Virus record (IMG/VR): IMGVR_UViG_3300028025_000092
Direction: 5' to 3' (one strand)
Length of the DNA: 64,000 nucleotides
From: a virus
The notes beneath the pieces are model-generated. The model worked only from the letters and a program-made list of their open reading frames with translations, did no database searches and had not been told where the DNA came from. This document shows, one piece after another, positions 39,357 through 47,972 of this stretch (its first letter is position 1; each line of letters opens with the position of its first letter). A program made the position numbers and the translations under genes.

Positions 39357-40292
39357 ATGGGAAAAAAAATTGCAGTCTTTGGATCAACCGGTTTAGTTGG
39401 ATCTAATATCATTAAAAAAATAGATCAAGAGAAATATCAGATCTATGCCCCTTCTAGAAAAGACCTAGATCTTTTTGATCAGAAAAAGGTCCTAGATTGG
39501 TTCTTTGAAAATAAAGTGGAATATGTAATTCTTGCAGCTGCTAGGGTTGGAGGAATAGTTGCTAATTCAACATACCCTACAGAATTCTTACATGAGAATC
39601 TCACAATCCAGAATAATATTATAATGTCTGCTTTAAAGAGCGATGTCAAAAATCTTATATTTCTAGGATCTTCTTGCATTTATCCGAGAGAATGTCCACA
39701 ACCAATTAAGGAAGAATATCTACTAACCGGTCCTTTAGAAAAAACAAATAAGTCGTATGCCCTTGCAAAAATTGCGGGAATACAACTCTGTGATTCTATT
39801 AGGGAACAGTATGGGAAAAATTATTATTCTCTAATGCCGTGTAATCTTTATGGACCTGGGGATAATTTTGATTTAGAAGCTTCCCATGTTATTCCTGGAA
39901 TGATTAGAAAAATAGAGAATGCTAGGGATAATAATGAACCAACTCTTAAATTACTTGGAACTGGAAGACCCCTTAGAGAATTTCTCTATGTGGAGGATCT
40001 AGCAGATGGCGTGATATTCATGCTGGAAAATTATAAAGGATCCCAAGGATTAATTAATATAGGAAGCGGGTCTGAGGTATCAATAAAAGATCTAGCAAAT
40101 ATAGTTGCACATGCTATAGGATATAAAGGAGAAATTTTATTCGACACTGAGGGATTAGACGGAACACCTAGAAAAATAATGGATAATTCCAAGATAGAAT
40201 CTTTGGGTTGGAAACCTAGAATCACCTTAAAAACAGGGATAGAGGAAACTGTTAAATGGTACTGGGACAATAGAGATAAAATTAGAAAATGA
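39357..40292 (+). CDS. fcl: GDP-L-fucose synthase
   Basis: [40 protein letters not shown] and [10 protein letters not shown]. Confidence 0.95.
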   Translation: MGKKIAVFGSTGLVGSNIIKKIDQEKYQIYAPSRKDLDLFDQKKVLDWFFENKVEYVILAAARVGGIVANSTYPTEFLHENLTIQNNIIMSALKSDVKNLIFLGSSCIYPRECPQPIKEEYLLTGPLEKTNKSYALAKIAGIQLCDSIREQYGKNYYSLMPCNLYGPGDNFDLEASHVIPGMIRKIENARDNNEPTLKLLGTGRPLREFLYVEDLADGVIFMLENYKGSQGLINIGSGSEVSIKDLANIVAHAIGYKGEILFDTEGLDGTPRKIMDNSKIESLGWKPRITLKTGIEETVKWYWDNRDKIRK

Positions 40293-41296
40293 AAATAGCA
40301 TTAATCACCGGGGTAAACGGACAGGACGGATCATATTTAGCAGAGTTGCTTCTCGAGAAGGGGTATATGGTTCATGGCACAATCAGAAGATCGTCATCAT
40401 TCAATTCTGGAAGAATAGAACATTTTAGGGAACATCCTAATTTTAAAAGACACTATATGGATCTGACAGATTCAGGAAATGTCTCCCATATAATTTCACA
40501 ACTAAAACCCGACGAAATCTATAATTTAGCTGCGCAGAGTCACGTTAAAATATCTTTCGATATTCCAAATTATACTGGACAGGTCGATGCTATGGGAACA
40601 TTAAATGTTTTAGAAGCAATTAGAACTCATTCACCAAATTCTAAATTATATCAGGCTTCTACGTCTGAATTATACGGCAAGGTACAGGAAACCCCACAGA
40701 AAGAAACAACTCCATTCTATCCAAGATCACCCTACGGAGTTGCAAAACTATATGGATATTGGATTGTTAAAAACTACAGGGAGTCTTATAATTTATTTGC
40801 ATGTAATGGAATTCTTTTTAATCACACATCTCCTCGCAGAGGTGAAAACTTTGTTGAGAAGAAAATTATAGATTCCCTTTGTCAAATTAAAAAGGGAAAA
40901 ATAGATATACTAACACTAGGCAATCTTTCCGCCCGTAGAGACATAGGTCATGCTAAAGAATACGTTGAAGGAATGTGGAGAATGCTACAATTGGAATCCC
41001 CTGAAGATTTTGTTCTTGCAACAGGTAAAACCTATTCTATTAAAGAGATGGTCAATATGGTTTGTCAAAAATTAGATATAGATCTAGATTGGAAAGGTGG
41101 AGGAGAACAAGAAATAGCAATAGATAAATCGTCTGGTAGAATTATTATAGGGATAGATCCCAAGTATTATAGACCAGCTGAAGTTGAGCTTTTACAGGGG
41201 GATGCTTCTAAAGCTAAATCAGTATTAGGATGGGAACCAACCCTATCTCTGTCAGAAATATTTGATGAGATGATAGCAGAATCACTAAAGGATTAG
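40289..41296 (+). CDS. gmd: GDP-mannose 4,6-dehydratase
   Basis: [34 protein letters not shown] and [11 protein letters not shown]. Confidence 0.97.
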   Translation: MKIALITGVNGQDGSYLAELLLEKGYMVHGTIRRSSSFNSGRIEHFREHPNFKRHYMDLTDSGNVSHIISQLKPDEIYNLAAQSHVKISFDIPNYTGQVDAMGTLNVLEAIRTHSPNSKLYQASTSELYGKVQETPQKETTPFYPRSPYGVAKLYGYWIVKNYRESYNLFACNGILFNHTSPRRGENFVEKKIIDSLCQIKKGKIDILTLGNLSARRDIGHAKEYVEGMWRMLQLESPEDFVLATGKTYSIKEMVNMVCQKLDIDLDWKGGGEQEIAIDKSSGRIIIGIDPKYYRPAEVELLQGDASKAKSVLGWEPTLSLSEIFDEMIAESLKD

Positions 41297-41526
41297 TGAT
41301 TAGTGTTTGATACAATTTCATTTGCTTTTAAAAGGGTTTCTACTGTTTTAACATCGTACTTGGTTTGTCCAGGAACCCCCCAATCTTTTTGTTCACCCCA
41401 ATTAATAAATCCCTGATGTGTTATATGATTTCCTGAATTATAAGAAAAATCGTGATGACCTTCTTTAGCAGATGATTTTTCAAACTCGTTTCTCGAGCTG
41501 ATGTTTTTATATCCGTATTTTTCCAT
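41293..41526 (-). CDS. Small hypothetical protein
   Basis: Translationally coupled to the upstream minus-strand gene. Confidence 0.55.
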   Translation of the reverse strand: MEKYGYKNISSRNEFEKSSAKEGHHDFSYNSGNHITHQGFINWGEQKDWGVPGQTKYDVKTVETLLKANEIVSNTNH

Positions 41527-42104
41527 TATTTCTTTTTCTTTCTTAGGTTAGCCTTTGCTTGTTTATAAAGTGCCTTATCTCCCATTTTAGAGGTCTTACC
41601 TCCTGTAACAAATGAGTTAACCCTTGCCATTGCCCATTGTTGGGGATTAGTTCCTGGAATATGGCCTATTTTCCATGCTGCGTATCCTCTTTTCCACACT
41701 TTCTTTAAAATGCCTAACGGAAATCTGGTTTTTTCAGATTTCTTTTTAAGAGCTTTATTTACCGGACTAGAAACAGAATCCACACCCTCATTAAGATTAT
41801 CCAAGTTATATTCTTCGTTTAATTCGTTAAAAACCTCCCATGCTGCAATTTCTGCTGCTTCTAAAAAGGAATCAAATCCTAATAGTTCGTTGTTTTCGTT
41901 TTCCCCAAACATTTTCTTGTATTTTTTTGTGTATTGACTAGTTTTTGTATCTACTGGTTTACCCTTTCCTGCTTTTCCTGACTTATAATCAGCATCCCAT
42001 TCAGTATATGCCGACGGATCATTATCAGCCTTATCCTTATTCTTTTTAATCTCCCTTTTCATTATTCTGGGATTTTTGGACAAATATTTCTTAGGAACTT
42101 TCAT
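41526..42104 (-). CDS. Basic protein with a DUF5824-like C-terminal domain
   Basis: VWKRGYAAWKIGHIPGTNPQQWAMARVNSFV; internal FDSFLE..LNEG; GAATATATA at 42110-42118 (minus). Confidence 0.6.
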   Translation of the reverse strand: MKVPKKYLSKNPRIMKREIKKNKDKADNDPSAYTEWDADYKSGKAGKGKPVDTKTSQYTKKYKKMFGENENNELLGFDSFLEAAEIAAWEVFNELNEEYNLDNLNEGVDSVSSPVNKALKKKSEKTRFPLGILKKVWKRGYAAWKIGHIPGTNPQQWAMARVNSFVTGGKTSKMGDKALYKQAKANLRKKKK

Positions 42105-42190
42105 AAATCTATATATTCGAGTTTAATTTGAAATAATTCCTAATTACTTTCTATAATAGGGTAACAACAAGTAAATCGCCTTAGCGGACT

Positions 42191-42823
42191 ATGTTTAAAA
42201 AGCTAAAGAAAATAATAAGCATTATGACAGAAAAAGATCTTTCCGAGCTGAAAGAAGAATATGAGAAGTATTCCTATCAGTGGATAAAGGGTGACAATCT
42301 ATCTATAACACAGCACTACCAGGATATTTTAGAAGAGGGAGGTAAAAAGTATATTATCTTCACTGATAAAAGCCGTATATCTTTAGACCTTTTGGACGAG
42401 TATATGATCAGGGTAGAAAGAGGATTCGAGGAGCAGGTAAAAGTTATTAACCCAACAAAGGAACTAATTCAAATGGACGAAGAAATTACCAAGCAGAGCG
42501 TGGTAAAATCCAGGGAATTATCACAGGATAAACAAAAAGTTGAAATTGAAAATAGCCCCATATTTTCTTTGCTTGCAAAACAGAAAGAAAACTGGGTGGA
42601 CGTGGATCTTAGATTGAGCATTAATTTACCACCCAAAAGCCTCTGGGACGTTTTAATGGGATCTTTTGATGATGCTGAAAAAGATATTCTGGAGTACGTG
42701 ACAAAGGACCTTGATATAGAGGTTGTGAGGCAATCTTTGAGGGAATCTATAAAAGAGATATATAAAAAAAATAAAAATATTCCACTAAAAAATGTCAGAT
42801 CCCAAGATTCTGTTCCAGAATAA
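42191..42823 (+). CDS. Hypothetical protein
   Basis: 210-aa ORF; YQWIKGD motif. Confidence 0.65.
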   Translation: MFKKLKKIISIMTEKDLSELKEEYEKYSYQWIKGDNLSITQHYQDILEEGGKKYIIFTDKSRISLDLLDEYMIRVERGFEEQVKVINPTKELIQMDEEITKQSVVKSRELSQDKQKVEIENSPIFSLLAKQKENWVDVDLRLSINLPPKSLWDVLMGSFDDAEKDILEYVTKDLDIEVVRQSLRESIKEIYKKNKNIPLKNVRSQDSVPE

Positions 42824-43310
42824 CTACATAGAGGTTATAGAAAATAAAGGCATTGTTGGAATTAAACAAAAAAGCCCATCAGTAATTATACTTCCATATA
42901 CCACAGATGAATCGGGTAATCCTAGATCTCTGGGATTAATAGCCGAACCTTCGTCCATTAAGGAAGAAAAAATAACACACACTATTATAACAGGTAGTCC
43001 AGAGGATTCTGATGTTGATATTCTAGCAACAGCCAAAAGGGAATTAAAAGAAGAATCTGGATATGAGGTCGAAGACACAGAGAAGTGGGATTTTTTAGGA
43101 AATATACAAACCTCTAAGTTAATTGTTAACGGAAATCCAGCTTTCGGCGTGGACGTTACTGACCTACAGAATAAAGAAAAATCCGGCGACGGATCAGACA
43201 AGGAAGAAAATACAAAATTTTCTCTTATTCCAGTAAATGACGCTATAAATTTAGATGATGCTTTAATCTCTTGTTTATTTCTAAAAATATTTCAAAATAA
43301 ATTAATTTAA
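42792..43310 (+). CDS. NUDIX hydrolase
   Basis: Nudix box GSPED..TAKRELKEESGY; GATATATA at 42757-42764. Confidence 0.85.
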   Translation: MSDPKILFQNNYIEVIENKGIVGIKQKSPSVIILPYTTDESGNPRSLGLIAEPSSIKEEKITHTIITGSPEDSDVDILATAKRELKEESGYEVEDTEKWDFLGNIQTSKLIVNGNPAFGVDVTDLQNKEKSGDGSDKEENTKFSLIPVNDAINLDDALISCLFLKIFQNKLI

Positions 43311-43315
43311 AAGAT

Positions 43316-43609
43316 ATGTTTAATCAAATTCCTTCGAGGAGAGAAAGAAGAGCGCTTGCTAAAAAACTAGGATTAACAGGTAAAAAAGAATCATTAAAAC
43401 AATTCACAGAAAGAACTAGAAGATCTGCTGAATTTGGAAAACAACTACATTTACAGCATTTACAAAATCAGGAAAATCATAGAATCAATTTAGAATCAAA
43501 TTTAGAAGAAGGTAAAGAACAGGAGCAGCAAACCCCAACTGATTCTCCAAATTGGGGATTAGAAGATTTTAAACAACAAATTATAAGTGGAGAAAATCCA
43601 GAAGCCTAA
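43316..43609 (+). CDS. Hypothetical protein
   Basis: SRRERRALAK motif. Confidence 0.55.
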   Translation: MFNQIPSRRERRALAKKLGLTGKKESLKQFTERTRRSAEFGKQLHLQHLQNQENHRINLESNLEEGKEQEQQTPTDSPNWGLEDFKQQIISGENPEA

Positions 43610-43928
43610 AAGAACTACCCTTAAAATACATCTAACTGCGCTTTCTTATCGGGAAATCAAGAAAACCTTGATCGATAATGAGAAAGTCTCTTATATTGAT
43701 GTTACTAAGATTATTACCGATAGTTTTGGTGATAAAGATCTTAGTGATATTCAATACTGGATTTTAAACCAAATGATAGTCAAAAAGATAGAATCGTTTA
43801 AAACCACCAATACCAACCGCATTTTTATTACCATAAAGGATCCTAACAAGGGTTCGGTTAAGTCATTCAAAGAGCTTCTCTCCGAAGCTAAGCTATCTCC
43901 CGCACAGGTAGAAATTTACAGCATTTAA
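43587..43928 (+). CDS. Hypothetical protein
   Basis: ORF with a GTG start that fills the gap between neighbours. Confidence 0.5.
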   Translation: MEKIQKPKRTTLKIHLTALSYREIKKTLIDNEKVSYIDVTKIITDSFGDKDLSDIQYWILNQMIVKKIESFKTTNTNRIFITIKDPNKGSVKSFKELLSEAKLSPAQVEIYSI

Positions 43929-43982
43929 TTTTTTTAGACCCTTCTTGTAATACAGGAATATATAATTGAAATAAAGTAGTAA

Positions 43983-45848
43983 ATGTCAACAGAAGGAGTA
44001 GTAGATTCAAGGGGTGCCGCACTACAAAGCGCAACAAACGTTCAATCTATAACAAATAACACATCAAAGGCGTTTGATAAAACCATTGACAAGAGCTCTG
44101 AGCTTGAGGGGTTAATCTATAAATTTAATAGCGACAAGGAATATGGTGTTTTTGAAAACTTTAGTGATGCTGTTACCACGCTTCCCTCTTCTTTATTTTA
44201 TGAAGCCCAATCCTCCGAGGATGGGAGATTAGGACTTTTTAATTATTATATTATAGGGGATATTAGAAGTGCAACTGATGGTAAAGGAAAGGTAACATAT
44301 GCACAATCTGAAAGATTTGAACAGAATCAGGTGGTAACACCTGAGATAAGTAGAAATCCAACAGCTAATGCAATTATACAGGAGACAACAGCTAGTGGTG
44401 CATATTTAAATCCTAGAAGTAAGTATGTATCACAGCCATATAATGTCAAAGACTTCATTTTTTGTAAGCACTACGGGGTTATTCCTAATAACAGGATGAT
44501 AACATTAAGAAGATTTCCTAATTCAGTTATGGACAACCTAAGGGTGCCTACACCAGGACAAAGACCAGAAGCCGTTGATAAGGCAGGAAAACTACAGGGA
44601 CAATTAGTAGAAGGTGCGTCTATTTCTACCGAACAGATGATTAAAGAGGGTGCATGTTTACCCATAGCACAAGCAGTCACTTTCTTTGGGACAGAAACAG
44701 GAAATAGTCTAGATTCTATATTAGGAATAAGCACCGGATTAAACTTTAGATCTGCAGATCAGGAAAGGCTTAAAAAAGCTTACGGAAACGATAAAGGCTT
44801 TATGCAAAGTACCCTCGGTAAGTATATTGAGGCCTTAGCTGGAAATGAACTTACGGGTAATCTTAAAGGTCTTAGTAATGCCATAGGAACTATCACAGAT
44901 CCTGATAATCAGGAATTAAAAATTAGAAGACAGCTATTTGACAATCTAACTACAGGTGACGGTCCTTTATCCAAAAGAATTTTTGTTGATGTTAATACTG
45001 TTAACCAAATGATGTTAAGGGATGTTGGTTTTACTGGAGGGGATCAGACATTTAGCCTTACCTTTAATTATAGCCTCACTAGTGTTGGAGAAATTAATAG
45101 CAGAATGATGTTTATAGATTTAATGGCAAATCTATTAGCAATCGGCAGTGACTATGGTAAATTTTTAGTACCCCAATTATTAGTGCAATCAAATAGACAG
45201 GGTATCGGATTTCCTAATGGATCTAAAGGTTTCGTTAAACATCTAACCCATCCATTGGAATTCCTGAATGATATGATTAAACTTAACTTCGAGGCTGAAG
45301 TAAAATCCAAGATCGAAAATTTGAAGGGAACTTTAGAAAAGTCTAAAAACGAAATACAGGGATTAAGTAAGGGACAACCACTATCTAAGGATGGACACGT
45401 ATACAAGACATTAACTGCAATGCTAACCAATGATTTGATAAACCAGTTGGTATATGAACCTATAATGCTTTCTGGATATCCAACGGGGGAATGGCACGTT
45501 GTTGTTGGAAACCCTCTAAACCCTATCGCTATGATAGGAAATTTAATCTGTACTAATGTTAGTATTAAGCTTAATAACGTTTTAGGTCCTGATGATTTTC
45601 CAACTGAATTAACTGCTACTTTTAACATGAAAGCAGCAAGGCAGAAACATAGAGGAGATTTTGAAAGTATGTTTAATAGGGGTAACGGAAGATTATATCT
45701 CGGTAAAGGTCCAATTAGCGATGCTACCCTCAATGCTCAGGTTGGTGCCATCAGTGGTAATGATATACAAGGACCATTATCAGGTGACGCTAGAATTGAT
45801 GCATCTAACTTTACTGGATCGGATATAGACCCTTTGTTAGGTAATTAA
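43983..45848 (+). CDS. Putative baseplate/tail structural protein
   Basis: First gene of the tail module; GAATATATA at 43956-43964; GEWHVVVGNPLNPIAMIGNLIC..GPDDFP. Confidence 0.5.
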   Translation: MSTEGVVDSRGAALQSATNVQSITNNTSKAFDKTIDKSSELEGLIYKFNSDKEYGVFENFSDAVTTLPSSLFYEAQSSEDGRLGLFNYYIIGDIRSATDGKGKVTYAQSERFEQNQVVTPEISRNPTANAIIQETTASGAYLNPRSKYVSQPYNVKDFIFCKHYGVIPNNRMITLRRFPNSVMDNLRVPTPGQRPEAVDKAGKLQGQLVEGASISTEQMIKEGACLPIAQAVTFFGTETGNSLDSILGISTGLNFRSADQERLKKAYGNDKGFMQSTLGKYIEALAGNELTGNLKGLSNAIGTITDPDNQELKIRRQLFDNLTTGDGPLSKRIFVDVNTVNQMMLRDVGFTGGDQTFSLTFNYSLTSVGEINSRMMFIDLMANLLAIGSDYGKFLVPQLLVQSNRQGIGFPNGSKGFVKHLTHPLEFLNDMIKLNFEAEVKSKIENLKGTLEKSKNEIQGLSKGQPLSKDGHVYKTLTAMLTNDLINQLVYEPIMLSGYPTGEWHVVVGNPLNPIAMIGNLICTNVSIKLNNVLGPDDFPTELTATFNMKAARQKHRGDFESMFNRGNGRLYLGKGPISDATLNAQVGAISGNDIQGPLSGDARIDASNFTGSDIDPLLGN

Positions 45849-45867
45849 TTATAAATAACAGAAAGAT

Positions 45868-46461
45868 ATGATTAGTATAGATATTTTAGATAATAAACAA
45901 GAAAAAATCATTAATGGGATTAATATGATTGATCTAACAACGCAGTCAATTAATCAGGATATTAACCCAGGATATTCTAGGTTTATAGTTACCACAGAGG
46001 AAATGACAATGAGAGCAGATCTTGTTTCCCATATGTATTGTGGGAGCCAAGATAAAATGGGAACTCTTTTAAAATTAAACTCAATAGGTAATCCATTTTC
46101 TCTTGATAGTAACGAGGTCTTATTTATACCAGATTCCGCGACATTAAGTAATCTTCCTAGGAAGCCAGTTGGAGAAGAGCAAGGAGAGGTTAGAAAATCA
46201 TTCAGAAAACAATTACAGGAAAGAATATCAAAAGTATCCGAAAATAGAAAAGAATATCTTAATTCAGTAAGTATCAGCGAGGCGACACAGGTTCCTCTGC
46301 CTCCTAACGTTGCACAAGAAGGATCTGAACAATTTAAAGTTGAAAACGGAAAACTTATTTTTGGGTCTGATATAGGGGTATGTAGAACAAAGATACAACA
46401 GAACAAATCTGTTGCAACAATAAAATCAAGATTCGCACAGAGACAAATTTTTGAATCATGA
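45868..46461 (+). CDS. Baseplate wedge protein, gp53/LysM-like
   Basis: MRADLVSHMYCG..LLKLNSIGNPFSL..LFIP; TATAAATA at 45850-45857. Confidence 0.65.
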   Translation: MISIDILDNKQEKIINGINMIDLTTQSINQDINPGYSRFIVTTEEMTMRADLVSHMYCGSQDKMGTLLKLNSIGNPFSLDSNEVLFIPDSATLSNLPRKPVGEEQGEVRKSFRKQLQERISKVSENRKEYLNSVSISEATQVPLPPNVAQEGSEQFKVENGKLIFGSDIGVCRTKIQQNKSVATIKSRFAQRQIFES

Positions 46462-47969
46462 TAGACAGCAAAAAAACTATAATTCAGTTAGACAAAGAAA
46501 CTATAATTCTTGATGAGCTTTCTATCATAGATGAAATAGGATCTTTCGATAAAAATCAAATAGAAAAAACCGGTGCTAGAGAAGAAACATCTATAGGTTT
46601 TGGAGCACCCCTAATCATCATAAATTCCTATATGGTTAGGAATATTGAATTTTTCAGATTAGATCTAACAGAAAGAATTCCCCAATTAATATTTAGGTTT
46701 ACCCCAGAGAATGAAAGTTTTCTTTATACATCATATCCTAAGGATGGGGATGTTGTTGGTCTTTATATAAGAGCAACATCGGAATTATACAAACCGATAA
46801 GAATGGATATGTTAGTAACTGAGGTATTTAGTCATTTTTCTAACTCTCCAATACCGGAGGATAAAGCTAATTCGGTGGGAACATCATTTACAATTAAATC
46901 ACAAATGAGAATTCCTACTTTATTCCAACATATTTCTAAATCCTATATCAATAAAACATCATTTGAAACACTAAGAGAAATAGCAAAGGATCTTGGTTTA
47001 GGTTTTGCCTCAAACGAGAAAGGAACTAACGATAGGATGAATTGGATATGTCCAAGTAAAACCTATTATAAATTCATGCAGGACTTATGCAATTCATCCT
47101 GGTTGGGAGAAGAGGATTTCTTTGATTGGTGGATAGATCAATACTATGTTTTAAATTTTGTTAATCTCAGAAAACAGTTATTAGAAAAAAGTAAAGATGA
47201 AACAAATATACTAGCAGCTATAGGAACAGAAAATGGAATTAGCGGAGGATTGGACGGAAACATTAAGCCTAGCGAAATCTCAATGCCATTACTAATAACT
47301 AATGATCCCTATTATAACAAGTATCCTTTTTTTATAACAACATATTCAGTTAAAAACTCGTCTGGACATATTACAAACAATTTTGGATATTCTAGAGATT
47401 TAGAATTTTACGATACAAGATTAGTTAGCGATATGCCTGTTAATAAATTTGTAAGTTATAACGTTGAATATGTAACCCAGAAAAATCTAGATCCTAGTAG
47501 CACACTTTTCAAGGGAAGAGCTAACGAAGATGTTTATAAAAACGAAAGAAAGAAAACATGGGTCGGAACCCAATATGGGGAAAACCAACATAAAAATATA
47601 CAGCAAGCTTTAGTTCAAAACAGACTTAATAGATACGAAAACTTTAAGGTTTATTTAGAAACAAAAATGCACTCATACGTTCCTTGGGTTTATAGAGGAC
47701 AAACAGTACCAACTAGGATAGTTCATATGGATGCAATAACAGCAGGAGCTAACTCTGTTGAAAGTAAACAAAGTCCACCTATTGATCCTCAACAACACGA
47801 GGCAGGTAAAAAAGTAGACAATAAGTTTTTAAGCGGTGTGTATATGATCATGGGTTCTTATATTGAGTATATAGATAGTAAAATTACCCAATCTTTTGTT
47901 CTAGGAAAAAGAGAATGGTTAATCAACGACGGAAGGGGATCAGACCCTGGACCTAAAGTATCTAAATAA
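46458..47969 (+). CDS. Putative baseplate hub (gp27-like)
   Basis: TSFETLREIAKDLGL..MNWICP and LSGVYMI, plus gene context. Confidence 0.5.
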   Translation: MIDSKKTIIQLDKETIILDELSIIDEIGSFDKNQIEKTGAREETSIGFGAPLIIINSYMVRNIEFFRLDLTERIPQLIFRFTPENESFLYTSYPKDGDVVGLYIRATSELYKPIRMDMLVTEVFSHFSNSPIPEDKANSVGTSFTIKSQMRIPTLFQHISKSYINKTSFETLREIAKDLGLGFASNEKGTNDRMNWICPSKTYYKFMQDLCNSSWLGEEDFFDWWIDQYYVLNFVNLRKQLLEKSKDETNILAAIGTENGISGGLDGNIKPSEISMPLLITNDPYYNKYPFFITTYSVKNSSGHITNNFGYSRDLEFYDTRLVSDMPVNKFVSYNVEYVTQKNLDPSSTLFKGRANEDVYKNERKKTWVGTQYGENQHKNIQQALVQNRLNRYENFKVYLETKMHSYVPWVYRGQTVPTRIVHMDAITAGANSVESKQSPPIDPQQHEAGKKVDNKFLSGVYMIMGSYIEYIDSKITQSFVLGKREWLINDGRGSDPGPKVSK

Positions 47970-47972
47970 AAG

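Noticed and set aside
32720-41296. Host chromosomal LPS/capsule locus (prophage boundary or chimeric assembly)
   Set aside because: It is flanked on both sides by phage genes, carries the phage late motif, and lacks wzx, wzy and initiating transferase genes.
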